Shown here in pieces: positions 37,101 to 49,253 of a DNA stretch of 64,000 nucleotides. Both the position numbers and the translations under genes were made by a program. The notes beneath the pieces are model-generated. The model did no database searches and was not told the DNA's origin. It worked only from the letters and a program-made list of their open reading frames with translations. Source of the DNA: Macrostomum lignano (Eukaryota); NCBI GenBank assembly GCA_002269645.1, contig NIVC01000616.1:446636-510635 (forward strand). Direction: 5' to 3'. Numbering within the stretch: the stretch's first letter is position 1; every line of letters starts with the position of its first letter.

Positions 37101-40100
37101 CAACAACCTGCAGCAGCGGCTGCGCCTCGGAACAGAGTTTGAGTTGACAGCAGTGGCATCTCCGCCGGCAGCCGTGGTGGCGCGGCAGGCGGCGGCATCA
37201 GCGGCTGCTCCTCAGCGCTGTCGTCGAACATCCGGGGACAGTCCAGATCGTCGTCGATGGGGATGGGGACGTCGTCATTATCTGCGAAATCTTCGTCGAG
37301 ATCGTCGTCAGCCAGCAGGAGCCGCGCAGTCTGAGTGGCAACCGCCGTGAGGTTGGCATCCTCAAGATCGCGCAGTCCGACAGCGTGAAACATCAGGTTG
37401 GTGGCTCCGGCGCGGTGGCAGCCCAGCAGGCGGCCCAGGGCCACCAAGTGGTGCCGGGTCACCGAGGCGCCGCCAGCGGGACCGTTGGAAGCGAATCGCG
37501 ATGGGCGGCGGCAGTGGTCGAGCGGCATCTGCTGCTGCGGCTGTCGATGTTGCCGAAGGTCGTCCTCGGTCTCGGCCAGAGTCGATGGCAGGCAGCGCAG
37601 TCTGGGAGGCAGCAGGCGGGCAAAGGTTGGCGCCGAGGAGGCCAGGCGGGTCTCGTAGTCCAGCACCTGGTCGGGTCGCAGCTTGGCGGAGCTGCAGCCG
37701 CCACCGCCGTCGGCGACGCTGCTGCCAACAGCTCGACGCTTTCTAGCCGCTCCGCCAGCCGCGGGCCGCTGTTGAATATCCAGGCGCCGCAGGCTGACAG
37801 TAGGCTGCAGGCCAGTCGGTATCATCCTGGGCGTGTCAGAGTAGAACTGCAGCTTGCGAAAGCCGTCAAGGATGACCTTGTTCACCGAGGCGCGCTTGCT
37901 AAGCGAGGCGCCGTAGCTGGCCTCCTCCTTGCCGGCAGCCAGCAGCATCACGATGCGGCCTTGTCGCGCCCGCCCGGTGCGGCCCATGCGCTGAATGAGG
38001 CGTACGGGGCTCTTCTGGGCGTCGTAGCAGATGATGAGGTCGACCTGGCCGATGTCCAGGCCTGCGGGTTGAAAGTTGAAAGCATGACAACCCACTGGTC
38101 AGTTTGAGCACACAAGCGAAAGTGACTCTATAGTGTTTGGGTCTTGGGGACTGGGTCGCTCTGCAGTTACTCACCCTCCTCTCCAACGCAGGTGGACACC
38201 AGCGTGTTGTAGGCGCCCTGCCGGAACTCCTGCATCACCCTCAGCTGGTCCTTCTGCGTCAAGCCTTTGCTATTCTTGCCCGTGCTGGCCTGGCCAAAGA
38301 AGGTCATGCAGCGCACCAGCGGCCGGTGCTGCTTGAGCATACGGGCAATCTCGGTCACGGAGTCGCGGTACTGCGAGAATATGATCACCCGCGTGCGCTG
38401 ACGCTCGGCTGGGTCCTCGGTTGACTGGAAATGCTTCAGCACAATCTCCAGCAGGCGGCTGAGCTTGGGGTGACCACCAACGAATGCGGCCTGAGTACTG
38501 CTCAGGGTGGAGTTGGGGTCGGGCTTGAACTTGTCCAGTAGGCTGTCCCACAGCTCTGCGAATGCCGGCTGCCGCTGCAGCTCCAGCCGGGTGGAGTTCG
38601 AGCCGCGCTCGCCCTCCAGCACGCCCTGGGGAGTGCGAGATTGTGGTCTTTGTTGTTTCGAACCGAAACAAAGACTCTATTTCAGCATCTACGATGATAA
38701 CACTCATTGTAATTATTGAACAAAGACTCAATTCAGTATTTACAAGATGATATACCTAAAGAGCTTCTAAACACAGAATCATTAGTCTTTTTGGTGTCTT
38801 AGAAAATACTCTATGGAATCATTGAACAAAGACTCAATATGGAGTTACTGCTGCCAAAGTTTAACATTTTAGCCCTTGAACAAAGACTGAACAAAGAAAT
38901 CCGAGCTAACACTATTGTCAAAATTACAAAATATATACTTAGCATAAGTCTCTTAAGGAGCAAAGACCCTGGTTATGGTTATATACCCAATAATAAAGAC
39001 TATAACCAGCCAGGAAGACAGGACAAAGACTGCCAACCTTGAGAAAATTGTACAGCGGCCTCAGCCCGTGCTGTTGCACAATCTCGTAGCCGTGATAGAG
39101 CGAGATGGCCATGGCGAAGTTGCGGTGAATGAAGGACTGCCGGTCAGGCGGTATGCTGCCGCCGTAGCGCTGGAAGAACTCCTGGCGCTGCATGATCAGC
39201 GCGTACTTGGACAGGGTGGCCACGCGGACACTGGCGTACACGGCCTGCGGATTCAATCGATAGTTGAAGATTTCAAACAGCTGAATCCTAAATACCTACG
39301 AGCTAAATTATTCACGTCTTTGAATAATTTAATCCTGATCCCCACAGAACTTTATCTCAAATCCCAGGATCTTGATTCTAAATCTCAAAAAAATTGATCC
39401 CAAATCCCTGAATCTGATCCTAAATCCCAGGATCTTGATCCCCAATCACAGGATCTTGATCACCAATCCCATAATCTTGATCCCAAATTCTAGAATACTG
39501 ATCCGAAATGCCATAACATTGATCCTAAATCCCATAACATTGATCCAAAATCCTAGAATACTGATCCGAAATCCCATAACATTGATCCCAAATCCCATAA
39601 CATTGATCCCAAATCCCATAACATTGATACCAAATCCTAGAATACTGATCCGAAAATCTTAGACTGTTGGTCCTAAACCCCAGAATATTGATCCTGTGTT
39701 CATCCATAAATCTAGAATTCAATCCTTAAAACCTGATTCCATATCCTTGAACTTTGAACCCAAATTAACTCCCCAAGGATCCCAATACAAACCAGGCTCG
39801 TGCGCAACAGCAAACTGCCGCAAACCTGCCTTGTTCTGCTTGAGCCGGGACACATAGACATCAATGATGGCCTCCAGTCGCCGCACCGCAGCTTCCACCT
39901 CGGGCCCGAGCGGCACCACAATCTTCTCCACATTTCTCTCGTGCGAATACCGCTGAATATCCCTGCACTGCTCGGTGCGCAGCTCGATATGCGATATCAG
40001 CAGATTGTTAATCACCTCCTGCACCGACCGGACATCCGAGCCGGGCGTGGCCGACAGAGCCAGCACTCGGAACTGGTTGTGCCTCGATGCTAAAGTGCGA

Positions 40101-42290
40101 ATGGCCACGCAGTAGGCGTGATTGCCTGTGGCTTTGTGCGCTTCGTCTATCACTACGCAGCGGACTTGGGCCGGGTCGCACAGCTGGTTGGTGAGGTCGT
40201 TGGCGAACACCTGACAGGTAGGTAGATGGGGAGTCACTGTAGGCTTGGGTCTGGAGAAAGGGAGTCACTGTAGGCTTGGGTCTGGAGATGGGGAGTCACT
40301 GTAGGCTTGGGTCTGGAGATGGGGAGTCACTGTAGGCTTGGGTCTGGAGATGGGGAGTCACTGCAGGGTTGGGTCTGGAGATGGGGAGTCACTGCAGGGT
40401 TGGGTCTGGAGATGGGGAGTCACTGCAGGGTTGGGTCTGGAGATGGGGAGTCACTGTAGGCTTGGGTCTGGAGATGGGGAGTCACTGTAGGCTTGGGTCT
40501 TGAGATGGGGAGTCACTGTAGGGTTGGGTCTGGAAATGGGGAGTCACTGCAGGCTTGGGTCTGGAGATGGGGAGTCACTGCAGGCTTGGGTCTGGAGATG
40601 GGGAGTCACTGTAGGCTTGGGTCTGGAGATGGGGAGTCACTGTAGGCTTGGGTCTGGAGATGGGGAGTCACTGCAGGGTTGGGTCTGGAGATGGGGAGTC
40701 ACTGTAGGCTTGGGTCTGGAGATGGGGAGTCACTGCAGGCTTGGGTCTGGAGATGGGGAGTCACTGTAGGCTTGGGTCTGGAGATGGGGAGTCACTGTAG
40801 GGTTGGGTCTGGAGATGGGGAGTCACTGTAGGCTTGGGTCTGGAGATGGGGAGTCACTGTAGGGTAGGGGAGAGGGAAAGGAAGATGAGGGGTAGGAGAG
40901 GGGAAGGGGAGAGGAAGATGAAGAGTAGTTTATTATTTAAATGTAAATACAAAGTCTAAAAAAGCTACTGACAGTAGACAGAAAGAAACAAACAAGCAAA
41001 ACAATGAGAGCAACCTGCGGTGTGCAGAAGAACAGACGCTTGTCCTGCCAGGCAGCTCGCCTAGCCGCAGGCGGCATGCAGCCGGTCATCTCGATGGTGT
41101 CGGCCGCCGGCACCCCGGCGATGCCATAGCAGGCGTCGATCTGCTGAGCAACCAGCGGCTTAGTTGGCGCCATGAACACCACCCGACCGGCGGGGTACCA
41201 GCGGTAGAAGTTCATCATGACCACGGCCGCGATGAAGGTCTTGCCGAGGCCGGTCGGCAGGCAGACCAGGGTGTTTTTGGCCAGGGCGCTGGCCACTATG
41301 TTGTACTGGTATTCGCGCACCTGCGGTTGCCACCACATCAGATATTCTCTTAATCCGACTGATCTCACCTACCTAATCCCTTAATCCGACTGATCTCACC
41401 TGCCTAATCTCTTAATCCAATTGATCTCACCTGCCTAACCTCTGACTTAATCCGACTGATCTCACCTGCCTAATCTCTGACTTAATCCGACTGATCTCAC
41501 CTACCTAATCCCTTTATCCGACTGATCTCACCTGCCTAATCTCTTAATCCGATTGATCTCACCTGCCTAATCTCTTAATCTGATTGATCTCACCTGCCTA
41601 ATCTCTTAATCCGATTGATCTCACCTGCCTAATCTCTTAATCCGATTGATCTCACCTGCCTAATCTCTTAATCTGATTGATCTCACTTGCCTAATCTCTT
41701 AATCCGATTGATCTCACCTGCCTAATCTCTGATTTAATCCGGTTGATCTCACCTGCCTAATCTCTGACTTAATCCGACTGATCTCACCTGCCTAATCTCT
41801 TAATCCGACTGATCTCAACTGCCTAATCTCTTAATCCGACTGATCATTAATCATTTTAATCCCGCTTCAGCCGATCACGCTGAGATCACACTTCAGCCGA
41901 TTACTACCATAGACTTCACACTTCAGCTCAAATTCAGGATTGCCTAGCCTAGCATTCAATAGAATTCCTCCGAGATCATTGTAAAAGTCTCACCGGAAAA
42001 TTCACAGGGTAGACCCACACAGCTCCCTCTCCGCTAGCGTCAAAACCCTCCAACGTGTTTGAATCATTCTTTGAAGCCCGCAAAGCCAATGGCAATTTTG
42101 CATTAGCTCGAAAATCCAGCTGACTGATGTCTGTTGGAAAAGTCGACTCAGCGCCAGCAGAGACTGCTGCAGTTGTTGAAGTAGATGGCGCTGATGCCAC
42201 TTGTCTGGCACCACTGATGGCGCTGAAACCACTTGGCATGGCAACAGGTTTTTGGCCACCCCATGCCATGGCTAAGGTTGTCTGCTTCAT
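34116..42290 (-). CDS. FANCM: FANCM/Mph1 DEAH-box DNA translocase. Exons 42290-41994, 41320-41015, 40210-39830 (GC donor), 39244-39038, 38625-38175, 38061-37108, 36934-34116
   Basis: WVYPVNFP|VREYQ; Walker A NTLVCLPTGLGKTFIAAVVM; Walker B VVIDEAHKATGNHAY; LALSATPG; HPKLSRL; RVIIFSQYRDSV; STCVGEEG|LDIGQVDLIICYDAQKSPVRLIQRMGRTGR; and the FANCM-type acidic segment FLDDEAALTDSDADFVSSDE...MRAIYLRSL. Confidence 0.95.
36040..36300 (-). repeat. Coding 36-nt repeat (EEQRPAQQNKDL, about 7 copies) in the last FANCM exon
   Basis: In-frame tandem repeat inside the long exon. Confidence 0.9.
36945..37092. repeat. (ATC)n microsatellite filling a short FANCM intron (36935-37107)
   Basis: Flanked by phase-1 donor GCAG|GTTGTT and acceptor TTGCAG|AC. 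Confidence 0.9.
39330..39700. repeat. Degenerate 21-nt repeat (ATCCCATAACATTGATCCCAA-like) in a FANCM intron
   Basis: Seen directly. Confidence 0.8.
40225..40865. repeat. 31-nt minisatellite (GGGGAGTCACTGYAGGCTTGGGTCTGGAGAT)n in a FANCM intron
   Basis: About 20 copies. Confidence 0.95.
41345..41850. repeat. About 31-nt minisatellite (TTAATCCGATTGATCTCACCTGCCTAATCTC)n in FANCM intron 1
   Basis: About 15 copies. Confidence 0.9.
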
Positions 42291-43712
42291 CTCAGCTTAA
42301 CTTTGGTGTTATACTGAGATCTAGCAGGAAATATTTTACATTACATTTTGATGAAAGTTTACCAGCTTGAATAGATATTTGGCTTATTAATTAATAAACT
42401 AAAAAACTGGCTGCTTATAAAATCTTTAGGTAAAAACAAAGCTTAAGCTTTGCAAAAGATCATTATGAGTCAAAAGTTGAATGCAAGCCCCTAGCTGGGC
42501 TATATTTTATAAATTTATACAATCCTAGGGGCCTATCATTGGTTGATTCAACAATCACATTTTGACTTCCATTTTTAAATCTATTTATCTAAATCTATGG
42601 TAGCTAATTCATAGCACATGTCTACTTTGGTAATAATGCATATGCAATCTCTGAAATTATACTAGCTATGCAACTTAGTTTTGACAAATATGTGACTTAC
42701 TTTTTTAAAACTCGGGCTGTATTGTAGAGGCTATTTATAAGTGCAAATAGTCAGGCACTAGGAATCATAAGATTTTCTTATAGGCAAGTTTCCTATCAAA
42801 TTTTTTCAAAGCAAGGTTTTCTTAGAAAATCTTTATGCCAAGATTCTCCTACAAGGACCAGTTTTTCTTGCCAAGGTTTAGCATCCTTTTATAGAGCTAC
42901 TAAAATCTAAATTATAACTCTACTATTGCTAGACAAAACATGACTAATCTGGCTAATATAAATTATGATAGACCAAGGATAGGCCTAAATCAAAATTAAT
43001 AACCAAAAATGAAAAAAAAACTAAAGCAAAGAAACAAAATCGTCAAAGCAACTTTATAGGTTGCATATATTTTTAAAACCAAATCCATATTAAAAACTTT
43101 TTTTCATTTCTGCTAAAAAATCAAAAAGATATTGATATACTTATATACACTTTAAGTTCTAAGCCCTAGTATATAACTTATAAGAGGATAAAATAGTGAC
43201 TTAGACTGTATAAAAAAAAATATCATATTATACATTTTCAAATAGATTTTAAATACTATGAGATCTTCTTATAACTAAGATCTAAAAAAATTAGTAGTAA
43301 AAAATTAGTAATTTTTTTTAATGCTAATGCTTTTGCCATTAATGGAAGTTAAGATTTTCATTAATGGTACCCAACACTGGTATTTTGTACATTGGAAAAA
43401 CTAAGCAACACTTGCACACTAGGGTCAAGGAACACTAGACCAAAAAATCTGCTATACAGGAGCATTTTATCACATGCAAGTCATGCTGTAATAATAAACT
43501 GATTGATTTATTTAAGATTATTAATTCCTGCCACCATGAGCACACTTTGAACATCTTAGAGGCTATGTACATCAAAGATCAGAACCCAAGCCTAAACTGC
43601 CAGCTAGCTTGGGGGGTGCTAGCTGCCAACATAGCATGTTTTAGTTTGAAGTATATGCTACTGCACCGTGTGTTAGAACTTGTTTCAATTGAAAACTATA
43701 CATATTAATATG

Positions 43713-44080
43713 TGACGTGACGCAAAAGTCAGGAGCTGATTGTTGTTTAATAACGAATGTGAATGCTTGCGATATATTTGTAAAATAGCTTAGGAACTTG
43801 ACGAGTTGAGGACCAAGAGAAATAGCTTAAATATTGTAAATATTGGATTTCACAGATGCACTGACACTGTGAGTGGAGAGAGTACAAAATGGTAGAGACT
43901 TAAGGGGCGAGGCAATGGCTAGCGCAATGATGCACGTGGAACAGAGTAGAGTACGCATAGAGTACACAATGATTTACTGAGTACACGCAGATCGCAGCTG
44001 CAAACAAGGTGACTAAGCGAAGTTAAATAAACAAGCCCCCCACAGTTACCCAGCTCACAAACCAAACAACCGTCACTTCA
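43713..44080 (-). repeat. 3' LTR of the Gypsy element
   Basis: Direct repeat of 47969-48336. Confidence 0.97.
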
Positions 44081-47000
44081 TCTCCCCCCTTCGAATCGAG
44101 CTGGTGGCAGGCCCCTTGTCGAACGAATCGGATAGCGGGGCAGCTTCACCGGCGAGGGGCCGGCGGTGCTTTCAGCCATCGGCTCCGGCCGATGCAACTC
44201 GGTTGGCTCCCCGCCCTGCAGTCCGATAGCTTCGCCATCTTCAGCGGATGCAGTAGCGGCGTCGCTGCCACCGCTGCTCTTGGCATCTTGGCAGCTGGTC
44301 TGCGGCCTTGACAGCATCGCATCCTCGTCCGTGGCGCGGGAGGTTGCCGGATCATCGGCTCCGGCCTCGATGCGTTCACTCAGCTGGTCTGCATGCGCCA
44401 GGACGGTGCGACCGCCTTGGCGGGCGATGATGGCCGTGTTCGACCCTTTCTGACATAGAAACTCGGCCGGCTCGCACTCCAGCCCTGCGCCCGGTGCGTA
44501 CCAGATGTTGGCTCTAATTGGCGTCTTCATCGTGATAGGATTGCGAAGCTGCCGTCTCATGAGCTGTGCTGGACTCTGGGCCCGACCGGCGTGCGGAATG
44601 CACCTGTAATTGAGTAAGAGTCTGAACAGGAATGAGTTGTACGGCTCCGACGCTTGGTCCCAGGCCGCGGACGCCCTCTTGATCGAGCCGACCATCCGTT
44701 CCGCAAGTCCGTTCGATTGCGGATGCCTTGGAGGAGTTTTGAGGACTCGACAGCCGATTCGCTCAAGCCAGGACAGCAGTCCGGCGTCGTGATACTCAGC
44801 GGCATTATCACTAACCAGGACGTGCGGGACACCGTTTCTAGCAAACACTGACTGAAGAGCGGCTTTAACAGTCGCAGCATCGCGGTTTGGCACTCTCAGG
44901 ACCTCAGGCCATCCTGACATAGCATCGACTAGAATGAGCACCAGTCCAACCTTCGGGATTGTGGCGTGGTCCATATGCACGCGATGCCACGGCTCGTCTT
45001 CCTTTGGCCACTGATGTACCGTAGGTGTGCCAGAGGGCCGAATTCGCGTGCAGGTGGGGCAGTTGCGTACGTGCCGCTCCACGTCCGTGCAATATCCTGG
45101 CCACCAGGCCGAGTTGCGGATGAGTGAGCGAGTTGCCATGGTTCCCTGATGCGAGTCATTGTGTACCTGATCCAGGACGCGCTGCCTGAGTGTCGCAGGA
45201 ATCACCGGTCGATCACCGTAGCAGAGAATGCCGTCGTCTATCACTAAGGCATGGCGAACTGACTTGTACGGCCTCTCAGCTGGGGAGCATCCAGACCATC
45301 TGCTTGATGCGACTCGCTCAGCAATATCTTGGAGTAGACGATCGCGCTGGGTCTCCGCTTGCAGCTCCTCCCATGGAATCACCGGGCCGCCTGCCCAATG
45401 AACCAGACCTTCCAAGGCAGCAGGTTCTGATTCGGATAGTTCACCGTTGCAGTCAAGGCGAGAGAGGGCATCAGCGTGCGGAATGTGCTCACCTTTTGTG
45501 TAGATCGTGTCAAAATCGAAGGCCATTAGCTTGATCGCCCAGCGAAGTAGCCGAGCGTTCGCCACCTTTGGAAGTTGCCGCCGCGCTCCGAAGAGAAACT
45601 CTAGAGGCCGATGATCTGTCCGTAGAGTGAATCGGGCACCGAGAAGGAATTGCTTGGCGCGTTCCATCGCCCAAACGATGGCGAGGGCCTCTCTTTCGAT
45701 ATTCGAATAGCGCGACTCCGTGCTGCTCAACCGTCTACTAAGGTATATAACCGGGTGGCCGTTTTGGGTGAGCACAGCGGCGATGGCCCTCTCACTGGCA
45801 TCTGTGGTAAGAGTCGTCTCTTTGGTCTTGTCGTAGGGCTGTAGGACTGGCGCACTGCTAAGAATGGCTTTGATTCGCTTGAAGGCCTGAGTCTGATCGG
45901 CTCCCCAACTGAACCTTGCGTTCTTGGTTCGTAACCGGTTGAGTGGCTCGATGATCTGTGAGTAGTTGCGACCGAATCTGCCAAAGAAGTTGGCAAGACC
46001 AAGAAAAGATTCTAGTTGCTTCTTGTCTTCCGGAGTCTTGACGGCGCGGATCCGATCGACTAGATTTGGATCAGGAGAAATTCCTCTCTCGCTGACTCTG
46101 TACCCGAGAAATGAGACCTCCCTAGCCTTGAGGGTTGATTTTTCCAAGTTGATTGACATTCCTGCCTTATTTAGGGTAGCTATGACGTTTTTGACTTTTG
46201 AGTCGATCTTTGAGTCAGATTTTCCGCCTAGAAGAATGTCGTCCTGATAAACTATCTTGCCGGTGATGTCAGTAAGGACAGATTCCATTGCCTTTTGAAA
46301 GATAGATGATGCAGATTTGAGGCCTGGAACGAGACGCTTATAGCGATAGAGGCCTAAAGGTGTGGCGATGGTGGTGATTTCTCTGCTGTCTTCGTCAAGC
46401 TCTATCTGCAAATATGCATCCGAGAGGTCGATTTTGGAGAAGTGCGACATTCCAGAGGTCTCTGCAAAGATTGTCTCCATCTCAGGCATTGGGTACGTAT
46501 CATTGCACACCTGATGATTAACTCCTGCTTTGAAGTCAGCACAGACGCGCACCTTTCCGTTAGGTTTTAGCACACTGACAATTGGTGAGGCCCGCTGACT
46601 CCCTCCGGCTGGAACAGGTTCAATTATCTGCTCAGCCTCCATTCGCTTGAGTTCCTCATTAACCCGGTCTCGCAGGTGAATGGGAACGGGCCTGGCTGCG
46701 CAGTAAAACGGTTTTGCTCCGTCAACAAGGCGAATCTTGGCTTTGAAGTTTTTGAGACATCCTAGCTGGCCGACAGCGTTGATTGTAATAGCGTCCCTTT
46801 GCAGCTTAATGACGTCCATTCCCAGCAGTCCATGTGGCTTGCTGGCCTCCGTGACGATTAAGTCCAGTGTGACAAAGTTGGTGTCGGTTTCTAGGGAGGC
46901 AGTGAATTCTCCTAGACAGGAAATGCTGGATCCGTCGTACTGCCTGAGTGTTCGCCTGCACCTTTTGAGAGAAGGGCGGCCGAGCTTGACCCACAGATTT

Positions 47001-47968
47001 TGCGGAAGTAGACTCACCTCGGCCCCTGTGTCAATCTGCATGGGCAGGGTCCGACCATTGATCTTCGCCTCGTGAAAGAGTCCTTTGCTACGCCCTGGAG
47101 CGACCACGAAAATGTCGGCTGGCTCTTGGTCTTGATTCTCACGATCGCTTGTTGATTCTTCTTGGGTCAAGTGCACTTCTCTGGATCTGCAGACCGCCGC
47201 AAAATGATTCTTTCGTTTACACTTGGTGCACCTCTGACCGAAAGCCGGGCAACTGCCTTTGGGGTGAGTTGTACCGCAGTAATAGCACCTGCCTTTACCG
47301 GCCGCTCCTGAGGACTTGGCTGCCGCACCGGCCGTTCTTGGTTGACCTGCAAAAGCGATCTCCAGGGGAACGGGCGCGCCTGATGAAGCGGTGTTGGTCG
47401 TGCCTTTATAGTACTGTTGGATTTGCTCGAGCTGCTGCAGGTTTTGCAGGATATCGTCAAGAAGTTTTTCTTCGCCTTGAAGCTGCTCCAAAATCCTCTT
47501 CTTGTGTTCGGCAGGGGCAAGGCCGTCGATTAGCCTCATTGCGATGAGGTCGTTTTCCTTGGACTGCTTGGCCCCAAGTTCCTCGAATTTGCAGAGCGCT
47601 GCCGCTGCTCGAAGCCGACGGAAGTAAGTGCTGATCGATTCACCTGGCTCTTGTTTGAGGCTTAGAAATCTGGTGCGTTCAGCGATGACCAGCCTTTTCT
47701 TAGGCCGGATTGTTGCTGTTACTAGTGTCTCGATTTCGCTAAATTTGAGTGCCTCCAGCTTTTTTGGTGCGGCCATCAGAGAGAGCGTCCGGATCGCCTG
47801 TAGTCCAGCCTTGGACAGGAACAAGTCAGTCTTATCCCGCGCTTCGTCCGTGTCCGTAAGTTTCTTAATGCGGGCCGTGGCGGAAAGCTGCTGCATCCAT
47901 GCCTCAGCGAGTTCAGGATCATTGAGGTTCAGTTCTTGACTCCGAATTTCGCCTGCTTGCGACGCCAT
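44078..47968 (-). CDS. Gag-Pol polyprotein, 1296 aa, single ORF
   Basis: Two Cys/His knuckles (CYYCGTTHPKGSC, CTKCKRKNHFAAVC); protease IDTGAEVS; RT YQDDILL; RNase H TTDASERAIAAVL; integrase HHCC plus D-D-E (HMDHA, VSDNAAEY, NGLAERMV). Confidence 0.97.
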   Translation of the reverse strand: MASQAGEIRSQELNLNDPELAEAWMQQLSATARIKKLTDTDEARDKTDLFLSKAGLQAIRTLSLMAAPKKLEALKFSEIETLVTATIRPKKRLVIAERTRFLSLKQEPGESISTYFRRLRAAAALCKFEELGAKQSKENDLIAMRLIDGLAPAEHKKRILEQLQGEEKLLDDILQNLQQLEQIQQYYKGTTNTASSGAPVPLEIAFAGQPRTAGAAAKSSGAAGKGRCYYCGTTHPKGSCPAFGQRCTKCKRKNHFAAVCRSREVHLTQEESTSDRENQDQEPADIFVVAPGRSKGLFHEAKINGRTLPMQIDTGAEVSLLPQNLWVKLGRPSLKRCRRTLRQYDGSSISCLGEFTASLETDTNFVTLDLIVTEASKPHGLLGMDVIKLQRDAITINAVGQLGCLKNFKAKIRLVDGAKPFYCAARPVPIHLRDRVNEELKRMEAEQIIEPVPAGGSQRASPIVSVLKPNGKVRVCADFKAGVNHQVCNDTYPMPEMETIFAETSGMSHFSKIDLSDAYLQIELDEDSREITTIATPLGLYRYKRLVPGLKSASSIFQKAMESVLTDITGKIVYQDDILLGGKSDSKIDSKVKNVIATLNKAGMSINLEKSTLKAREVSFLGYRVSERGISPDPNLVDRIRAVKTPEDKKQLESFLGLANFFGRFGRNYSQIIEPLNRLRTKNARFSWGADQTQAFKRIKAILSSAPVLQPYDKTKETTLTTDASERAIAAVLTQNGHPVIYLSRRLSSTESRYSNIEREALAIVWAMERAKQFLLGARFTLRTDHRPLEFLFGARRQLPKVANARLLRWAIKLMAFDFDTIYTKGEHIPHADALSRLDCNGELSESEPAALEGLVHWAGGPVIPWEELQAETQRDRLLQDIAERVASSRWSGCSPAERPYKSVRHALVIDDGILCYGDRPVIPATLRQRVLDQVHNDSHQGTMATRSLIRNSAWWPGYCTDVERHVRNCPTCTRIRPSGTPTVHQWPKEDEPWHRVHMDHATIPKVGLVLILVDAMSGWPEVLRVPNRDAATVKAALQSVFARNGVPHVLVSDNAAEYHDAGLLSWLERIGCRVLKTPPRHPQSNGLAERMVGSIKRASAAWDQASEPYNSFLFRLLLNYRCIPHAGRAQSPAQLMRRQLRNPITMKTPIRANIWYAPGAGLECEPAEFLCQKGSNTAIIARQGGRTVLAHADQLSERIEAGADDPATSRATDEDAMLSRPQTSCQDAKSSGGSDAATASAEDGEAIGLQGGEPTELHRPEPMAESTAGPSPVKLPRYPIRSTRGLPPARFEGGR

Positions 47969-48336
47969 TGACGTGACGCAAAAGTCAGGAGCTGATTGTT
48001 GTTTAATAACGAATGTGAATGCTTGCGATATGTTTGTAAAATAGCTTAGGAACTTGACGAGTTGAGGACCAAGAGAAATAGCTTAAATATTGTAAATATT
48101 GGATTTCACAGATGCACTGACACTGTGAGTGGAGAGAGTACAAAATGGTAGAGACTTAAGGGGCGAGGCAATGGCTAGCGCAATGATGCACGTGGAACAG
48201 AGTAGAGTACGCATAGAGTACACAATGATTTACTGAGTACACGCAGATCGCAGCTGCAAACAAGGTGACTAAGCGAAGTTAAATAAACAAGCTCCCCACA
48301 GTTACCCAGCTCACAAACCAAACAACCGTCACTTCA
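47969..48336 (-). repeat. 5' LTR of the Gypsy element
   Basis: Direct repeat of 43713-44080; followed by the PBS on the minus strand. Confidence 0.97.
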
Positions 48337-48931
48337 ATATGTTTGTTTTCATTCTTTTTATTCTTATTTATTAAGCGAGCTACTCTACCAGAAATATATT
48401 TATATTCCATTGTATTTACTACCTTTAGTTATATTCCTTTAATTTTGCAATAGTTTTCAGTTTTCTAGAAGCATTTTCTAGAGTTGTGTTCAGGACTGAA
48501 AAGATTGCGCGCTATGCAAGCAGACTCAAATCTAGTGTTCTTCTCCCACTTAAGGCTGGTGTCGTCTATCAATTTCAATGCTCTGTTGATCAGGGTGTTT
48601 CCTATATTGGAAAAACTAAACGGCATCTACACCAGAGGGTAAGGGAGCACTGGCTTAGGTCTTTGGCCATTAAAGACCACCTATTCGTGTGCAAGGCGTG
48701 TTGTGACTGTGAGCCTATGCAGTTGTTCAAGGTGATGGATGGATGTAACAATGATAGAAAACTAAAATCGTTGGAGGCTACATACATTAGGAAGTACAAT
48801 CCTAGCTTAAATGTTCAGCTTGTGAGTAAAGGTATAGAGCAACAACTCAGAATTTTTTGATCTCATTGTGCGCAGTGGTGAGATGGGTGCACCCTTTTAA
48901 CTGATTGGTTTGTTAGTTAAAAGTTTATAGC

Positions 48932-49253
48932 ACATACATGCGCAACTTCCAAAATTTGGTCGGCCATGCGACTTAGTTTTAACAAAAATGCGACTTAGTT
49001 TTAACAAAAATGCAATGTAGTTTTCAGCCAAAAATGTGACTTACATGTAAAAAAACCCTAATGCAAAATTAATGCAACTTTGGGTAAATGGCAGGAGTAA
49101 CTATGACTGTCATATTAAGTCAAAATAACTCATCAGCTACTTAGTACTACTAATTTGGTATTTTTTTGGGTGGGCATTTTTGCAACTTCCTTGGTTGGCT
49201 GCCAAATCGGTTGGCCGAATTGGTCGACTCGGCTGACTGTTGCGCATGTATGT
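48932..49253. mobile_element. 322-bp MITE with 15-bp perfect TIRs and a 6-bp TSD
   Basis: ACATACATGCGCAAC (48932-48946) and GTTGCGCATGTATGT (49239-49253), flanked by TATAGC on both sides. Confidence 0.7.

Larger units (their letters stand above)
43713..48336 (-). mobile_element. Intact full-length Ty3/Gypsy LTR retrotransposon (Mag-like gag), 4624 bp
   Basis: 368-bp LTRs at 43713-44080 and 47969-48336 (TG...CA; 2 mismatches seen); 5-bp TSD ATATG (43708-43712, 48337-48341); PBS 47952-47967; PPT AGGGGGGAGA at 44081-44090; domain order PR-RT-RH-IN. Confidence 0.97.

Noticed and set aside
36935-37106. Poly-Met/Ile start of the 996-aa ORF
   Set aside because: An (ATC)n microsatellite in a phase-1 intron of FANCM.
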